This document shows, in pieces, positions 1 through 12,539 of a DNA stretch of 64,000 nucleotides. Position numbers and translations under genes: made by a program. A model generated the notes under the pieces. That model ran no database searches. It was not told the DNA's origin and saw only the letters and a program-made list of their open reading frames with translations. Source of the DNA: Gammaproteobacteria bacterium (lineage in GTDB: Bacteria; Pseudomonadota; Gammaproteobacteria; JAKEHO01); contig JAKEHO010000067.1 of NCBI GenBank assembly GCA_022614965.1, positions 2,489-66,488 of the forward strand, read 5' to 3'. How positions within the stretch are numbered: the first letter of the stretch is position 1; every line of letters begins with the position of its first letter.

Positions 1-1
1 A

Positions 2-232
2 TGTTTTGTCGGGTACATGGTGATTTGGAATGTGACACCGTCCTTACACACACCGCTGATGAGCGTCACCAACGCCATCAGTAGCATTATCGTCATCGGC
101 GCACTCATACAGGTGTCGGCACCCGTATTGCTCATTACGGCACTTGCAGGAATCGCAATACTCATCACCAGTATCAACATCACCGGCGGATTCGCTGTCA
201 CCCAGCGTATGCTGCAGATGTTCAGGAAATAG
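2..232 (+). CDS. pntA: NAD(P) transhydrogenase subunit alpha, C-terminal membrane part (5'-truncated by window edge)
   Basis: [21 protein letters not shown] and [16 protein letters not shown] motifs; directly upstream of pntB. Confidence 0.93.
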   Translation, partial: CFVGYMVIWNVTPSLHTPLMSVTNAISSIIVIGALIQVSAPVLLITALAGIAILITSINITGGFAVTQRMLQMFRK

Positions 233-244
233 GAGATAGGTGTC

Positions 245-1642
245 GTGTCAGCAGGATTAGTCACCGTATCCTATATCGGCGCCACTATCCTTTTTGTCCT
301 GGCGTTGGGTGGCTTAAGTCACCAGGAGACGTCGCGACGCGGAAATCTCTACGGCATCATCGGCATGACGATCGCCGTGCTGGCCACCGTCTTAAGCGCT
401 GCGGTGACCAGCTACTCGATACTGATCATCGCCATGCTCATCGGCGGGACAATTGGTTTCAGGCTCGCCATGAAGGTCCAGATGACCCAGATGCCCGAGC
501 TCGTGGCGATATTGCACAGCCTAGTCGGACTTGCTGCAGTACTGGTCGGCTTCGCCAACTTCATGGACCCGGCCGCCATCTTCGTCGGTGTCGAGAAAAC
601 GATCCATGAAATTGAACTATACCTTGGCGTCTTGATTGGCGCCGTGACTTTTTCCGGTTCGGTCATCGCCTTTGGCAAGTTGAGCGCCAAGATCAGCGGC
701 AAGCCGCTGATCCTGCCCGCCCGCCACTGGCTAAACCTGGCACTCCTAATTCTTGCCATCTGGTTAGGGAAGCTTTTCCTGGATGCTACGGAACATGGCG
801 AAGGGCTGATTCCTTTAATCCTCATGACGATCATTGCGCTCGCGTTTGGCGTTCACATGGTCATGGCCATCGGTGGCGCGGATATGCCGGTGGTGATCTC
901 CATGTTAAACAGCTACTCGGGATGGGCCGCGGCAGCCACTGGATTCATGCTTTCGAATGATCTCTTGATCGTAACAGGCGCGCTGGTGGGCAGTAGCGGT
1001 GCGATCCTGAGCTACATCATGTGCCGGGCCATGAACCGGAGCTTCCTTGCCGTCATCGCCGGCGGTTTCGGAACGGGAACGGGCACACATGTCACCGCTC
1101 CCGGTGCAGCCGGGGAGGTCATTGCAATCGATGCGGAAGAAGCGGCGAATCTGCTCGATGCGGCCAAAAACGTGATGATCGTACCTGGATACGGAATGGC
1201 GGTCGCACAGGCGCAACATGCGGTTTATGAGATAACGAAACTGCTCCGCGATAAAGGCGCTAACGTGCGGTTTGGCATACACCCTGTTGCAGGACGCATG
1301 CCTGGCCACATGAATGTTTTGTTGGCGGAAGCCAAAGTACCCTACGACATCGTCTTTGAAATGGACGAGGTTAACGAGGACTTTCCAGACACCGACGTTT
1401 CAATCGTGGTGGGCGCAAATGACATCGTAAATCCCTCTGCGCAGGAGGATCCCAACAGTCCGATTGCGGGCATGCCGGTCCTTGAGGTTTGGAAAGGCAA
1501 ATCGACGATTGTCCTTAAACGGAGTATGGCCTCGGGTTATGCGGGCATCGATAATCCGTTATTTTTCAAAGAAAATACCCGGATGCTTTTCGGTGATGCG
1601 AAGAATAGCCTGGAGGCAGTTCTAAGAGTCCTTGCTACATAA
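245..1642 (+). CDS. pntB: NAD(P) transhydrogenase subunit beta
   Basis: [41 protein letters not shown] and [18 protein letters not shown] motifs; AGGAG RBS before GTG. Confidence 0.97.
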   Translation: MSAGLVTVSYIGATILFVLALGGLSHQETSRRGNLYGIIGMTIAVLATVLSAAVTSYSILIIAMLIGGTIGFRLAMKVQMTQMPELVAILHSLVGLAAVLVGFANFMDPAAIFVGVEKTIHEIELYLGVLIGAVTFSGSVIAFGKLSAKISGKPLILPARHWLNLALLILAIWLGKLFLDATEHGEGLIPLILMTIIALAFGVHMVMAIGGADMPVVISMLNSYSGWAAAATGFMLSNDLLIVTGALVGSSGAILSYIMCRAMNRSFLAVIAGGFGTGTGTHVTAPGAAGEVIAIDAEEAANLLDAAKNVMIVPGYGMAVAQAQHAVYEITKLLRDKGANVRFGIHPVAGRMPGHMNVLLAEAKVPYDIVFEMDEVNEDFPDTDVSIVVGANDIVNPSAQEDPNSPIAGMPVLEVWKGKSTIVLKRSMASGYAGIDNPLFFKENTRMLFGDAKNSLEAVLRVLAT

Positions 1643-1667
1643 GAGCTGATAAAGCCCTGTTCCGAAC

Positions 1668-2939
1668 TCATTCGATCAGGGCTACGCCACCAAGATAGCT
1701 GCGTAGCACTTCAGGGACATGGATCCGTCCTTCGCTGTCCTGGAAAGTTTCCATTATCGCAATCAGCGTACGACCAACCGCGAGACCTGATCCATTAAGG
1801 GTATGCAATAACTCGGGCTTGCCAGTCTTAGGATCTCGCCAGCGTGCTTTCATGCGGCGCGCCTGGAATGCCTCAAAGTTGCTGCATGAGGAAATCTCCC
1901 GGTATCTCCCTTGTCCAGCCATCCAGACTTCGAGATCATAGGTCTTCGCAGCGGCAAATCCCAAATCGCCAGCACAAAGCGCCACCATGCGATAGTGCAG
2001 CCCGAGTCTCTGCAAAATAACCTCGGCATTTACTGTGAGTTCTTCCAAGGCCTGATAGGACGTATCGGGTCTCACGAGCTGCACAAGCTCTACTTTTTCA
2101 AACTGGTGCTGGCGAATCATGCCGCGCGTGTCCTTGCCGTAAGAACCCGCCTCGCTGCGAAAACAGGGGGTGTGGCAGACGTACTTACAAGGGAGCTCAT
2201 CAGCGGGAATGATTTGATCCTGTGCGAGATTGGTGACCGGCACCTCAGCCGTTGGGATCAAATAGAACCCTTGTTGGGGCACCGCAAACAGATCCTCCGC
2301 AAACCTCGGCAGCTGACCCGTGCCCATCATGCTACGTTCGTTCACAATGAACGGAACATAAACCTCAGTGTAGCCATGTTCGGATGTGTGCACGTCCAGC
2401 ATAAACTGGATGAGGGCACGTTGAAGATGTGCCAACGGCCCGGTGAGTACCACAAACCGTGAACTCGCGATGCGAGTCGCTGATTCAAAATCCATCATTC
2501 CAAGCGCATCGCCGAGATCGACGTGATCTTTGGGCGCAAAATTAAAACTCCGCGGCTCACCCCAGCGCCTAATTTCTTTGTTATCGTTAGTTGTTTCACC
2601 ATCCGGCACGGTCTGATGGGGAATATTTGGAATACCGAGCAAGAGATCATCCAATTCCGCCTGGATCTTTTCTAGCCCTGATCCGCATTCGCGCATTCGC
2701 TCGCCGAGATCGGCCACTTCCGCAACCAAAAATTCGATATCGTGGCCCTTTACCTTGGCCTCGCCGATAGCCTTTGAGCGGGCATTGCGTTGGTGTTGCA
2801 ACTCCTGAGTCTCAATCTGAAGCCGCTTACGCTCCCCCTCCAAACGGTTGAACTGTGCCGTATCCAACACGAGTCCGCGCCGCGAGATTGCCCTCGCGAC
2901 ATCGTCCAGGTGGGTGCGGAGCAGGTGCGGGTCGAGCAT
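1668..2939 (-). CDS. serS: serine--tRNA ligase
   Basis: [42 protein letters not shown] and [12 protein letters not shown] motifs. Confidence 0.97.
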   Translation of the reverse strand: MLDPHLLRTHLDDVARAISRRGLVLDTAQFNRLEGERKRLQIETQELQHQRNARSKAIGEAKVKGHDIEFLVAEVADLGERMRECGSGLEKIQAELDDLLLGIPNIPHQTVPDGETTNDNKEIRRWGEPRSFNFAPKDHVDLGDALGMMDFESATRIASSRFVVLTGPLAHLQRALIQFMLDVHTSEHGYTEVYVPFIVNERSMMGTGQLPRFAEDLFAVPQQGFYLIPTAEVPVTNLAQDQIIPADELPCKYVCHTPCFRSEAGSYGKDTRGMIRQHQFEKVELVQLVRPDTSYQALEELTVNAEVILQRLGLHYRMVALCAGDLGFAAAKTYDLEVWMAGQGRYREISSCSNFEAFQARRMKARWRDPKTGKPELLHTLNGSGLAVGRTLIAIMETFQDSEGRIHVPEVLRSYLGGVALIE

Positions 2940-3144
2940 GGGCTATGAACGAAAAGACCAGCCATTCTGCCAGAGTGGCCAGCGGGAAAGATCGGGCAGC
3001 TCGCCAGGATGCAACATGGTGCTAGGCTGTATGCAAAAGAAAGGGATCACGCCATTAAGTGTATTTTTAGCTTGCTAGTCTTCATCTTAAATGGCTTGCT
3101 GAACAGGGAAATATTTTCCTCGGGTAAAAATATCGAGCGGTCAC

Positions 3145-4515
3145 TCACTTCGCCTTCAGTGCACTCTCATCCAGTTCACGCAACTTAGCGAGTTTCTCGG
3201 CAATCTTGATCTCAAGTCCTCTGTCAGTCGGGACATAGTATCTTCTGCCCTTCAATTCCTCTGGCAGATAGGTTTCTGCCGCCGCGTACGCGTGCGGCTC
3301 ATCGTGCGCATACCGGTAGTTCTTGCCGTAATCCAACGCTTCCATCAATTTCGTTGGTGCATTGCGGAGCGCCAGTGGTACATCGAGCGAGCCCTGCTGT
3401 TTGGCGTCCTCCATCGAGGCAGCAAACGCCTTATACACCGCACTACTCTTCGGGGCGCATGCCAAATAAACGATGGCCTGAGCGATCGCAAGCTCACCTT
3501 CCGGACTTCCAAGACGTTCATAGGTTTCCCACGCATCCAGTGCGATCCGGAGCGCCCTTGGATCCGCGTTCCCGATGTCCTCACACGCAACACGAACCAT
3601 CCGGCGAGCAACATAGAGGGGATCCGCGCCACCGTCCAACATCCGAGAAAACCAATACAGTGCTGCGTCCGGCGACGAGCCTCGCACCGATTTATGGAGG
3701 GCGGATATTTGTTCATAAAAGACATCGCCCCGCTTGTCAAAGCGACGCAGGCTCCCGCCCGCAACCACCTCCTGTACTAGCTGGGCGTCAATAACACCCT
3801 CGGTGGCCAAATCCGCTGCAACCTCCAGCAGATTCAGCGCACACCGGGCATCGCCATCTGCAATCTGTGCCAGGCGATCACGAAGTTCATCGTCTATCTT
3901 AAGCTCCGCGATACCGAGACCGTTCTCGCGATCGGCGAGTGCCCTGTCAACGATCTTGCGTATCTGCTCTGGCGTCAGCGATTTGAGGACATAGATTCGA
4001 ACACGAGATAACAATGCATTATTCAATTCGAACGACGGATTTTCCACTGATGCCCCAATAAAGATCAGCGTTCCATCTTCTACAAATGGTAAAAACGCAT
4101 CCTGCTGCGCCTTGTTAAAGCGATGGGCTTCGTCAACAAAGAGAACAGTGTCTTTGCCATGTTTCTCACGGTAGCGAATGGCGCTCTCAATCGCTGCGCG
4201 GATGTCCTTCACGCCGCTTTGTACTGCGGAGATCGCCAAGAACTGTGCGTCGCAGGTATTCGCCATAATGCGTGCAAGTGTGGTCTTGCCACTGCCTGGT
4301 GGGCCCCATAAAACCATCGAATGGAGGCGCCCTGCATCGATGACTCGCTGCAAAGGCTTCCCCGGGGCAAGCAGGTGGTCTTGACCTACAAATTCGGCGA
4401 TCTGTTGAGGGCGCATGCGATCAGCAAGTGGGCGATTATTAGCTTGATTGGACGTCGACATCGTTTCGTTCGATCGATGTGATTCGAACTGCAATTCGCG
4501 GATTATCCGCTCCAT
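3145..4515 (-). CDS. rarA: replication-associated recombination protein A (AAA+ ATPase); start at 4515 or 4461
   Basis: PLADRMRP, Walker A GPPGSGKT, DEAHRFNKAQQD, ISALHKSVRGS; ftsK-lolA-rarA-serS synteny. Confidence 0.95.
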   Translation of the reverse strand: MERIIRELQFESHRSNETMSTSNQANNRPLADRMRPQQIAEFVGQDHLLAPGKPLQRVIDAGRLHSMVLWGPPGSGKTTLARIMANTCDAQFLAISAVQSGVKDIRAAIESAIRYREKHGKDTVLFVDEAHRFNKAQQDAFLPFVEDGTLIFIGASVENPSFELNNALLSRVRIYVLKSLTPEQIRKIVDRALADRENGLGIAELKIDDELRDRLAQIADGDARCALNLLEVAADLATEGVIDAQLVQEVVAGGSLRRFDKRGDVFYEQISALHKSVRGSSPDAALYWFSRMLDGGADPLYVARRMVRVACEDIGNADPRALRIALDAWETYERLGSPEGELAIAQAIVYLACAPKSSAVYKAFAASMEDAKQQGSLDVPLALRNAPTKLMEALDYGKNYRYAHDEPHAYAAAETYLPEELKGRRYYVPTDRGLEIKIAEKLAKLRELDESALKAK

Positions 4516-4528
4516 GCAGGTAGTGTAA

Positions 4529-5173
4529 CTATTGGCTCCCAGTACTATCGATGAGATCAACACCCGGTGGAGGCTCAAACTTGAATAACTCCGGGTTTAG
4601 GGTGATATTGCGCTCCGCTTTGTTAAAACGAATGTAAGTTGATTGACCGAAGTTATCCAACAACTCCATCTCCTTCAGTGTGGATTGATCAAATCCAAGT
4701 CGGACGGTCGTAAACTGGTTTTCCTGATCCTTCGGCAGCAATTCTACCCACGCAATACCATCACGCGTACCCAAATCGGTTACAGTGAACTCCTCGTCAA
4801 TCGCATTATTGCTTCCGAGCAACACGGCAGGGGTACTACCTAAGGCAGCGTTCATCGACTTCACTGTCACTTGCGCAAGATCTTTGTCATAGAACCAAAC
4901 CTTCTGGCCGTCAGCTACGATTGATTGCTCATAAAGGGTTTGGTAATCCCAGCGGAATTTATTGGGGCGTTGGATAAAGACCTTGCCCTCTGACGTTTCA
5001 ATATGCTTTCCGGTCTCATCCGTAAGTGTCTGTTCGAATCCCGCCTGCATGGTGACGAGCTCGTCCACAAATTCCCGCAGCCGTGCTTTCCCCTCCTCGG
5101 CATACGCAGTAGTTGGCACTACCGCCAGGAGCCCGGTCAACACGAGATGGGCACTGACTCGATGTGTCTTCAA
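4529..5173 (-). CDS. lolA: outer-membrane lipoprotein carrier LolA
   Basis: Signal peptide, RPNKFRWDY, IVADGQKVWFYDKDLAQVT, FKFEPPPGVD; synteny. Confidence 0.93.
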   Translation of the reverse strand: MKTHRVSAHLVLTGLLAVVPTTAYAEEGKARLREFVDELVTMQAGFEQTLTDETGKHIETSEGKVFIQRPNKFRWDYQTLYEQSIVADGQKVWFYDKDLAQVTVKSMNAALGSTPAVLLGSNNAIDEEFTVTDLGTRDGIAWVELLPKDQENQFTTVRLGFDQSTLKEMELLDNFGQSTYIRFNKAERNITLNPELFKFEPPPGVDLIDSTGSQ

Positions 5174-5196
5174 TGGAAATGTCGCTCAGGGGTTGG

Positions 5197-7491
5197 TTAA
5201 TCCTCGGGAGGCGGCGGGGCAATCACCTCGCGGGCACCATTCGATTGCAGCGGACCCACAATACCACTTCGCTCCATGGCCTCAATCATACGCGCGGCAC
5301 GATTGTAGCCTACCTTCAAACGCCGTTGCACGGCTGAAATGGACGCACGCCGCGTCTCCGTAACAATGCGAACCGCCTCATCGTAGAGGTTGTCCAGATC
5401 ATCGTCAGCGCTCGCAAACGCTGACGTCATATCCGCACCGCCTTGCCTCGGAGGGCGCAGGATCTCCGCCATATATTCCGGTTTACCATGTGCTTTGAGT
5501 TCCCTCACCACCTTGTGGACTTCATGATCGGCGACAAACGCCCCATGGACACGCATGGGAACCCCTGTTCCGGGCGCCAGGTAGAGCATGTCACCGTGCC
5601 CAAGTAGGGTTTCAGCACCCATCTGATCGAGTATGGTCCGCGAGTCGACGCGAGCGGAAACCTGGAACGCGATGCGGACAGGTATATTCGCCTTGATGAG
5701 CCCGGTGATGACATCGACGGACGGGCGTTGTGTCGCCAAAATCAGATGGATCCCTGATGCGCGTGCCTTTTGTGCCAACCTCGCAACTAATTCTTCCACC
5801 TTTTTTCCCACGGTCATCATCATGTCCGCAAGTTCATCTACGATAACCACGACATAGGGCAGGGTTTGCAAGGCCGGCACCACATCCTCTGCATTTTCCG
5901 GTACGTAAAGTGGATCACGGATCGACTCTCCTTGTGCAGCCGCTTGCTTGATTTTTCGGTTGTACCCTGCAATGTTGCGCACGCCAAGCGCCGCCATAAG
6001 CCTGTACCGGCGATCCATCTCCACTACACCCCAGCGAAGGGCGTTGGCGGCCTCCTTCACATCTGTCACGACAGGAGTAAGCAAATGCGGTATCCCTTCA
6101 TAGACCGAGAGTTCCAGCATCTTGGGGTCGATCATGATTAGGCGTATTTCAGCTACAGTGGCTTTGTACAGCATGCTCAGAATCATGGCATTCAGGGCGA
6201 CCGACTTCCCCGACCCGGTTGTGCCTGCCACTAGCAAATGAGGCATTTTGGCGAGATCGACGACCACCGGGCTGCCCCCGATATCTTTACCCAAAGCTAA
6301 GGTAAGACCTGACTGACTGGATTCATACTCATAAGAATTCAGGATCTCCCTTAAGGTAACCAGCTCACGCTGCTCGTTCGGGATCTCCAAACCGACCACA
6401 GATTTACCAGGGATTACATCGACCACTCGAACACTGATGGTGGACAGCGACCGTGCAAGATCCTTTGAAAGACTGCTGATCTGGCTTCCCTTGACACCCG
6501 GCGCAGGTTGGAGTTCAAAGCGGGTGATCACAGGGCCTGGATGTACTGCAACAACTTCTACCTCGACACCAAAATCATGAAGCTTTAGCTCAACCTGTCG
6601 CGACATCGCTTCCAACGACTCTTTGGAATAGCCACCCGTCGATGCTGTCGGGCTATCCAATAAACTGATAGGCGGAAGGACAGTATCCTGCGGCGGCTCG
6701 AACAATGGCACTTGCCGCTCTTTTTCGGCGCGTGTCCCCGTTTCAATACTCCCTACAGCAGGGCCGATACTCGGGGGTGATCGCCTTTGCGCCCTTTCTC
6801 TTTCTTGTTTGATAAGTGATTCACGGTCACGACGGGCCCGCAATCCACGTAGATAGTCATACACTTGATCTTTTCCACGGCTAAGTTGTGACAGAAACCA
6901 AAGTGTGTAGCGGCCAGTGGTATCCATCAACCATAACCAGGAGAAACCCGTAACCACCGTAATGCCGGTGAGAAATAGAGCCAGCATAAACAGCGTAGCC
7001 CCGAGCCAGCCGAATACATAAACGAGGGCCTCCCCCGCGACTTCCCCTAGGACGCCCCCCGAGCCATGGGGCAAATCGACGGCACCTTTGAAATGCAACC
7101 ATGCCAATCCACAACTGCTGGCGAGTGCCAGTACTAACCCGACGCCGCGTGTCGCAAACTGAAAATGGCTAAATGGGCCTTCAGTCCTCTTCCGTTGAAC
7201 AAATAACCAGCCCGCATAGGCGACCATAATAGGAACGAGATAGGCCAAATAACCAAAAAGGTAATAAAGAACATCCGCGATCCACGCACCCACTACGCCA
7301 CCCTTATTCACAACTGGGGTTTCCATTCCCGTGTGTGACCATCCTGGGTCCCCCGGGTGATGACTCGCGAGTGCAATGAGCAGAAAAACAGCCAAGGCGA
7401 GAAGGACAATGAGCGCGCCTTCCCTGGATCCGTGCATGAGCTGGCTGGTGACCCCACCCGATCTAAAATCCTTGCGAGTTGCTTGGACCAA
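5197..7491 (-). CDS. ftsK: DNA translocase FtsK
   Basis: N-terminal TM helices, [26 protein letters not shown], gamma domain [13 protein letters not shown]. Confidence 0.97.
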   Translation of the reverse strand: MVQATRKDFRSGGVTSQLMHGSREGALIVLLALAVFLLIALASHHPGDPGWSHTGMETPVVNKGGVVGAWIADVLYYLFGYLAYLVPIMVAYAGWLFVQRKRTEGPFSHFQFATRGVGLVLALASSCGLAWLHFKGAVDLPHGSGGVLGEVAGEALVYVFGWLGATLFMLALFLTGITVVTGFSWLWLMDTTGRYTLWFLSQLSRGKDQVYDYLRGLRARRDRESLIKQERERAQRRSPPSIGPAVGSIETGTRAEKERQVPLFEPPQDTVLPPISLLDSPTASTGGYSKESLEAMSRQVELKLHDFGVEVEVVAVHPGPVITRFELQPAPGVKGSQISSLSKDLARSLSTISVRVVDVIPGKSVVGLEIPNEQRELVTLREILNSYEYESSQSGLTLALGKDIGGSPVVVDLAKMPHLLVAGTTGSGKSVALNAMILSMLYKATVAEIRLIMIDPKMLELSVYEGIPHLLTPVVTDVKEAANALRWGVVEMDRRYRLMAALGVRNIAGYNRKIKQAAAQGESIRDPLYVPENAEDVVPALQTLPYVVVIVDELADMMMTVGKKVEELVARLAQKARASGIHLILATQRPSVDVITGLIKANIPVRIAFQVSARVDSRTILDQMGAETLLGHGDMLYLAPGTGVPMRVHGAFVADHEVHKVVRELKAHGKPEYMAEILRPPRQGGADMTSAFASADDDLDNLYDEAVRIVTETRRASISAVQRRLKVGYNRAARMIEAMERSGIVGPLQSNGAREVIAPPPPED

Positions 7492-7748
7492 ATAATTAAT
7501 CCTCTTTAGTCGAAACGTCCTCTATCAGGCTGTTTACTAAAAGTTAATACTACCACTTAAATAGCAGAAATGCAGGCGTAGCCGCAGCACCCATGCCACC
7601 CGGAACCTCGGCGGTTGGGCAACATCGAGAGATGGACCAGGCTCCATAGCGCCGTGCTGGCCCGACTTGCGCGTGGAATGGCCGACAAAGCTCCCACCCG
7701 TTTAAGGTGGTGGCGGTTATAGGGTCTTGAATTCTCAAACCATATTAG

Positions 7749-8825
<1,077 letters not shown>

Positions 8826-8851
8826 ACAGTCGATCATCGTCCAAAGGCGTC

Positions 8852-9850
8852 ATGAAAGCGATTGTGATGCAATCCACCGGCGGCCCTGAGGTCCTCGCCT
8901 TGCACGACCTGGCAATGCCGGAAATACAAAAGCCCAGCGATCTGTTGGTGCATCTCAAGGCGGCCGGCGTAAATCCCGTCGATACGAAACTCCGTCGCAA
9001 CGGTACTTTCTATCCCGATCATCAACCGACCATTCTGGGGTGCGATGGTGCGGGAGTTATCGAGGCGGTTGGTACGGAAGTGACCCGATTCAAGTTAGGG
9101 GATGAAATCTATTTCTGTGTTGGAGGGATGGGAGGGCCCAGAGGTAACTATGCAGAGTACACGGTCATTGACGAACGCTTTGCCGCACTCAAGCCGACCA
9201 CATTGGACATGGTGCATGCCGCCGCGGCGCCGCTCGTACTGATTACTGCCTGGGAATCACTGCACGATCGTGGTTGCCTGCAGAATGGCCACAGGGTCTT
9301 GATCCATGCAGGGGCAGGTGGGGTAGGCCATGTTGCGATCCAGCTTGCCAAGCTCGCTGGTGCCAAGGTCTGCACGACAGTGGGCTCGAGCAGAAAGGCG
9401 CAGTTCGTCAAGCAACTGCAAGCAGACGAACCCATCTTATACAAACAAAGAAACTTCCTTGAGGCGGTGCAGGAATGGACCGACGATCAGGGTGTTGATC
9501 TGGCCATGGATAACGTGGGCGGTCCGACCTTTCATGCGACATTTCCCGCGGTCAAGCATTACGGCGACCTGGTGACACTGCTACAACCCGCGTCCGACGT
9601 GGATTGGCGCGTGGCGCGGCAACGAAATCTCCGGATCAGCTTTGAGTTGATGCTAACGCCCGTGCTGCAAGGGCTCATTGAAGCGCAAAAACGCCAAGCG
9701 TGGATCCTCGAACAGTGCGCACGATTGTTTGATAGCGGTAAATTACATGTCCACGTTGAACAGACTCTGCCCTTGGCGGAAGCTGCGAAGGCGCATAAAC
9801 AACTAGAGGCGGGCTCAACGTTAGGCAAGATCGTGTTGGTGGTTGATTAA
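8852..9850 (+). CDS. MDR-superfamily NADPH:quinone oxidoreductase-like protein
   Basis: AAGVNPVD, GCDGAG, IHAGAGGVG and GKIVL motifs; the Zn-ADH GHE motif is not seen. Confidence 0.85.
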   Translation: MKAIVMQSTGGPEVLALHDLAMPEIQKPSDLLVHLKAAGVNPVDTKLRRNGTFYPDHQPTILGCDGAGVIEAVGTEVTRFKLGDEIYFCVGGMGGPRGNYAEYTVIDERFAALKPTTLDMVHAAAAPLVLITAWESLHDRGCLQNGHRVLIHAGAGGVGHVAIQLAKLAGAKVCTTVGSSRKAQFVKQLQADEPILYKQRNFLEAVQEWTDDQGVDLAMDNVGGPTFHATFPAVKHYGDLVTLLQPASDVDWRVARQRNLRISFELMLTPVLQGLIEAQKRQAWILEQCARLFDSGKLHVHVEQTLPLAEAAKAHKQLEAGSTLGKIVLVVD

Positions 9851-9888
9851 CGGGGACGTAAGCCTACCCCCTCTTCCCTCGTGACGCG

Positions 9889-10740
9889 GTGAAACAGGGT
9901 CTCCAATTCACATTATTGATAAGGCGGATGGTGATCTCGCTGGTCTTTGCAGTCATTGGTGCGTGGGTATTCCTAGCGCTCATCCTTTACTTCTTTCAAC
10001 CTTACTTTATCTATTTTCCGCATCGCCAGCTCACCGCTACACCCGAACAGGCAGGTTTGGAGTTTGAGCCTGTAGAGTTTAGAACGAGTGATGACGTGCG
10101 TTTAGATGGTTGGTATGTCCGAGCAAAAGAACCCCGCGCCGTAGTACTTTTCTTCCACGGTAATGCAGGAAATATCTCCCATCGCATCGAGCATCTTGCG
10201 ATTTTCAACCATCTCAAGCTTGCAACCTTTATCTTTGATTACCGAGGTTACGGGTTGAGCGAGGGCTCGCCTTCGGAGAAAGGGACCTACCGGGACGCAG
10301 AAGCAGCCTGGCGCTACTTGACGCAGGAGCGAGCTATCCCGCAACAGCACATCATTGTCTTTGGCGAATCACTAGGCGCTGCCATCGCAACGTGGCTAGC
10401 GACGGAACATCGACCTGGAGCTTTGATCCTCGAATCTGCATTTACGTCCATCGCTGATTTGGCAAGGCGCTACTACCCCTATCTGCCTGCGCCCCTTTTG
10501 ACGCGAGTACGGTATCCAACGCTTTCGCGGATCCCTCAGGTGTCTTGTCCGCTGTTGATCATCCATAGCACAGGTGACGAGATCGTGCCTTATCAGCACG
10601 CAGAACGCCTATTGGCAGCTGCCCATGAACCCAAGTTTTTGCTTAAACTCCACGGAAGCCACAACGAGGGGTTTCTGATCAGTGGAAAAGATTATGTCGC
10701 GGGCCTAGATCAGTTTCTTTCCCAATATTTCGCAAACTGA
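9889..10740 (+). CDS. membrane-anchored alpha/beta hydrolase (ABHD13/Bem46-like)
   Basis: N-terminal TM, FHGNAGN, DYRGYG, GESLG nucleophile elbow, D(EIVP) and H(N) triad residues. Confidence 0.88.
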   Translation: MKQGLQFTLLIRRMVISLVFAVIGAWVFLALILYFFQPYFIYFPHRQLTATPEQAGLEFEPVEFRTSDDVRLDGWYVRAKEPRAVVLFFHGNAGNISHRIEHLAIFNHLKLATFIFDYRGYGLSEGSPSEKGTYRDAEAAWRYLTQERAIPQQHIIVFGESLGAAIATWLATEHRPGALILESAFTSIADLARRYYPYLPAPLLTRVRYPTLSRIPQVSCPLLIIHSTGDEIVPYQHAERLLAAAHEPKFLLKLHGSHNEGFLISGKDYVAGLDQFLSQYFAN

Positions 10741-10940
10741 TGCCCGAACAACCTGTGTACGGGGCCGTTTGATTGCTTAAGCACAGGGTAGGGGAAAGTT
10801 ACATTCGTTTCCGCACACGGCACTTGGCACTGTTTGACCAGAACAATTACACCGTGTCACAGTATGTCGACGCAGAGGATACAGAACCCCAGCTGAGAAC
10901 CAAAACGTAACTAGCATGCTGCAGCCAGGAGCGGAGCAGA

Positions 10941-11669
10941 ATGCGTATCCAGTATGTTTCCGACATCCATCTCGAATTCGGACCATTTGAACTGCCAAAA
11001 ACAGACGCCGATGTGGTTGTTGCCGCCGGGGACATCGGTGCAGGAACCAACGGGCTATCATGGCTTGGATTTACCGATTGTCCTGTTATCTATGTTGCTG
11101 GAAACCACGAATACTATGGAGGAGATCTGGTATATACGTTGTCGCGGTTGCGCTCGGAAGCCCTGCACACGCACGTCAGTTTCCTGGAAAACGATTCCGT
11201 TGTCATCGGCAACGTGCGGTTTCTCGGTACAACCTTGTGGACGGATTTCGGCGGCGCCAACGCTGAGATGATGGAGTTCGCGGCACTTTCCATGAATGAC
11301 TACTACTGCATTCGTTGTGATGACAAGCCGCTGACAGCCGAACACACTCTGAGGCTCAACGAAGAGGCCAGACAGTGGCTTGAGGAGACACTCAACGAAC
11401 CCTTCTCCGGTAAGACAGTCGTCGTAACACATCATGCCCCAAGCTACCAAAGCTGGCATGGTGCCCCTGACTCTCCGATAAAAGACTCCTACTGCAGCGA
11501 CTTCGTTGATTTGGTAGGACGTTACCCGATAGATCTATGGATCCACGGACACATTCATTGCGTATCGGACTATACATGCAATGGCGTCCGGATCGTCTGC
11601 AATCCTCGAGGCTACACGGGATATCAGATAGTCGAACATTTTGACGCGGCGAGGACCATTGATATCTAG
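10941..11669 (+). CDS. calcineurin-like metallophosphoesterase
   Basis: SDIH, AGD, GNHE, THHAP, HGHIH and NPRGY motifs; GGAG RBS. Confidence 0.88.
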   Translation: MRIQYVSDIHLEFGPFELPKTDADVVVAAGDIGAGTNGLSWLGFTDCPVIYVAGNHEYYGGDLVYTLSRLRSEALHTHVSFLENDSVVIGNVRFLGTTLWTDFGGANAEMMEFAALSMNDYYCIRCDDKPLTAEHTLRLNEEARQWLEETLNEPFSGKTVVVTHHAPSYQSWHGAPDSPIKDSYCSDFVDLVGRYPIDLWIHGHIHCVSDYTCNGVRIVCNPRGYTGYQIVEHFDAARTIDI

Positions 11670-11967
11670 CGAGCTGGTAGAGCTACGCGTCACGAATGGC
11701 CTTTTGCGAGGGGCGTGATGACAAGGCGATCCGCGCCCATTCCTCCCCAGTGAATATCCTCCTTTCGAGCTTGGATCGAACGTGCCGGCAATCGCCTGCT
11801 GGACTCTACCACCCTATGGGCGTCGCTCGGTCCGGGCGGAGGACCGGCGTACAACCCGGCCCAACACCAAACTGGCGGCAGGGTGTCTTGCGTAAATGCG
11901 GCCTATCACGCAGGATCTGGGGTCTTTTATGCTAAGCTCTTAGGTTATCCGTCACACTACACAAGCT

Positions 11968-12306
11968 ATGCCCAAGAAGCCAATCTACAGGGTCATCTTT
12001 CACAACCAAGGCAAGATCTACGAGGTCTACGCAAGATATGCGCGGCAGGGAGACCTGTTCGGCTTCGTCGAAATCGAACAGCTGGTTTTCGGCGACAAGG
12101 CATCCGTGGTGGTTGATCCCTCGGAAGAGAACTTGAAGTCGGAGTTCAAGGGTGTCACGCGGACCTATATCCCCATGCACTCGGTGATACGCATTGATGA
12201 GGTCGAAAAAGAACGCGCCGGTAAGATCACCCAGGTAACCGAAGACGGTAAAATCGTCGCCCCCTTCCCCATCTACACGAAAAATAGCGAATTGAGCAAG
12301 AAATAG
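11968..12306 (+). CDS. DUF1820-family protein
   Basis: [17 protein letters not shown]...[29 protein letters not shown] pattern recalled for this family. Confidence 0.8.
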   Translation: MPKKPIYRVIFHNQGKIYEVYARYARQGDLFGFVEIEQLVFGDKASVVVDPSEENLKSEFKGVTRTYIPMHSVIRIDEVEKERAGKITQVTEDGKIVAPFPIYTKNSELSKK

Positions 12307-12437
12307 CCGTCTCCCATCAAGGGGCACGGCCCCCTCGATCTGCCCTATCACAGAGGCCTCTTCGGGCCAACCGACCCTCACTATGTCTGCAACAAAGATC
12401 ATCCAGAATGGTTGTCGGTCTCAGCGGATCCTGTTCA

Positions 12438-12466
12438 TTGACACTCACTACGAAATGTGCGATACC
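12438..12466 (+). promoter_or_regulatory. possible sigma70 promoter of the PQQ dehydrogenase gene
   Basis: Perfect TTGACA, 17-nt spacer ending in TGn, weak -10 GATACC. Confidence 0.3.
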
Positions 12467-12539
12467 CATAACCCAGGGGGCGCTGCGGCATCGCCTTCAT
12501 TTCAAATCTACTTTAAGAAGAATCACTAGGAGGTTCAAT

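Noticed and set aside
11670-11770. AAAGGAGG followed by CTG on the minus strand, opening an antisense frame into the metallophosphoesterase gene
   Set aside because: The translation has no recognisable motif and overlaps a real gene in antisense, so it is likely chance
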